Shown piece after piece: positions 63,871 through 64,000 of a stretch of 64,000 nucleotides of DNA (the first letter of the stretch is position 1; each line of letters opens with the position of its first letter). Origin of the DNA: a virus (lineage: Duplodnaviria > Heunggongvirae > Uroviricota > Caudoviricetes); IMG/VR virus record IMGVR_UViG_3300031418_000001; one strand, 5' to 3'. Both the position numbers and the translations under genes were made by a program. The notes under the pieces were generated by a model that ran no database searches, was not told where the DNA came from, and saw only the letters and a program-made list of their open reading frames with translations.

Positions 63871-64000
63871 ATGTATCGTTATCAGTTAGAGCAAGAATTA
63901 CCAAAATTTCAGCATTTGCTGTTTGCTAATAAAGAAACAGCACTTGCATCCGGTATTGAAGGAACTGTTTATATTGGTCATCCGGCAGTACATCATGTTT
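63871..64000 (+). CDS. hypothetical protein (3' truncated)
   Basis: ATG 63871, frame open to the window end. Confidence 0.5.
   Translation, partial: MYRYQLEQELPKFQHLLFANKETALASGIEGTVYIGHPAVHHV

Overview
AT-rich (roughly one-third GC by eye), densely coding, almost entirely + strand segment of a large lytic myovirus with a T4-type replisome. The gene set resembles Rak2/GAP32/121Q-like enterobacterial jumbo phages; this is an inference, not a search result. It encodes a 5'-3' exonuclease, large terminase plus a degenerate paralog, gp32-like SSB, UvsX/UvsY/UvsW, a DEDDh exonuclease, primase, helicase, clamp loader, a putative cytosine methyltransferase, NrdAB, DHFR, RNase HI, Dda and a type II topoisomerase. 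Host-takeover homologs include IF3, ClpS, YggL and GroES, alongside two holin-like paralogs, probable virion proteins and a vWA-TerC-TerD-TerD-X-TelA cluster. Main observations: (1) a miniaturised DnaE/PolIII-alpha catalytic core split into two intein-free genes about 32 kb apart, breaking at adjacent motifs; (2) strong over-representation of the palindrome AGTACT/GTAC in all reading frames; (3) a promoter-driven, possibly pseudoknotted non-coding element upstream of ssb; (4) shared short motifs among the Ter/TelA proteins; (5) three distinguishable promoter classes. No tRNA, CRISPR array, intron or intein was recognised. All calls come from motif recognition by eye.
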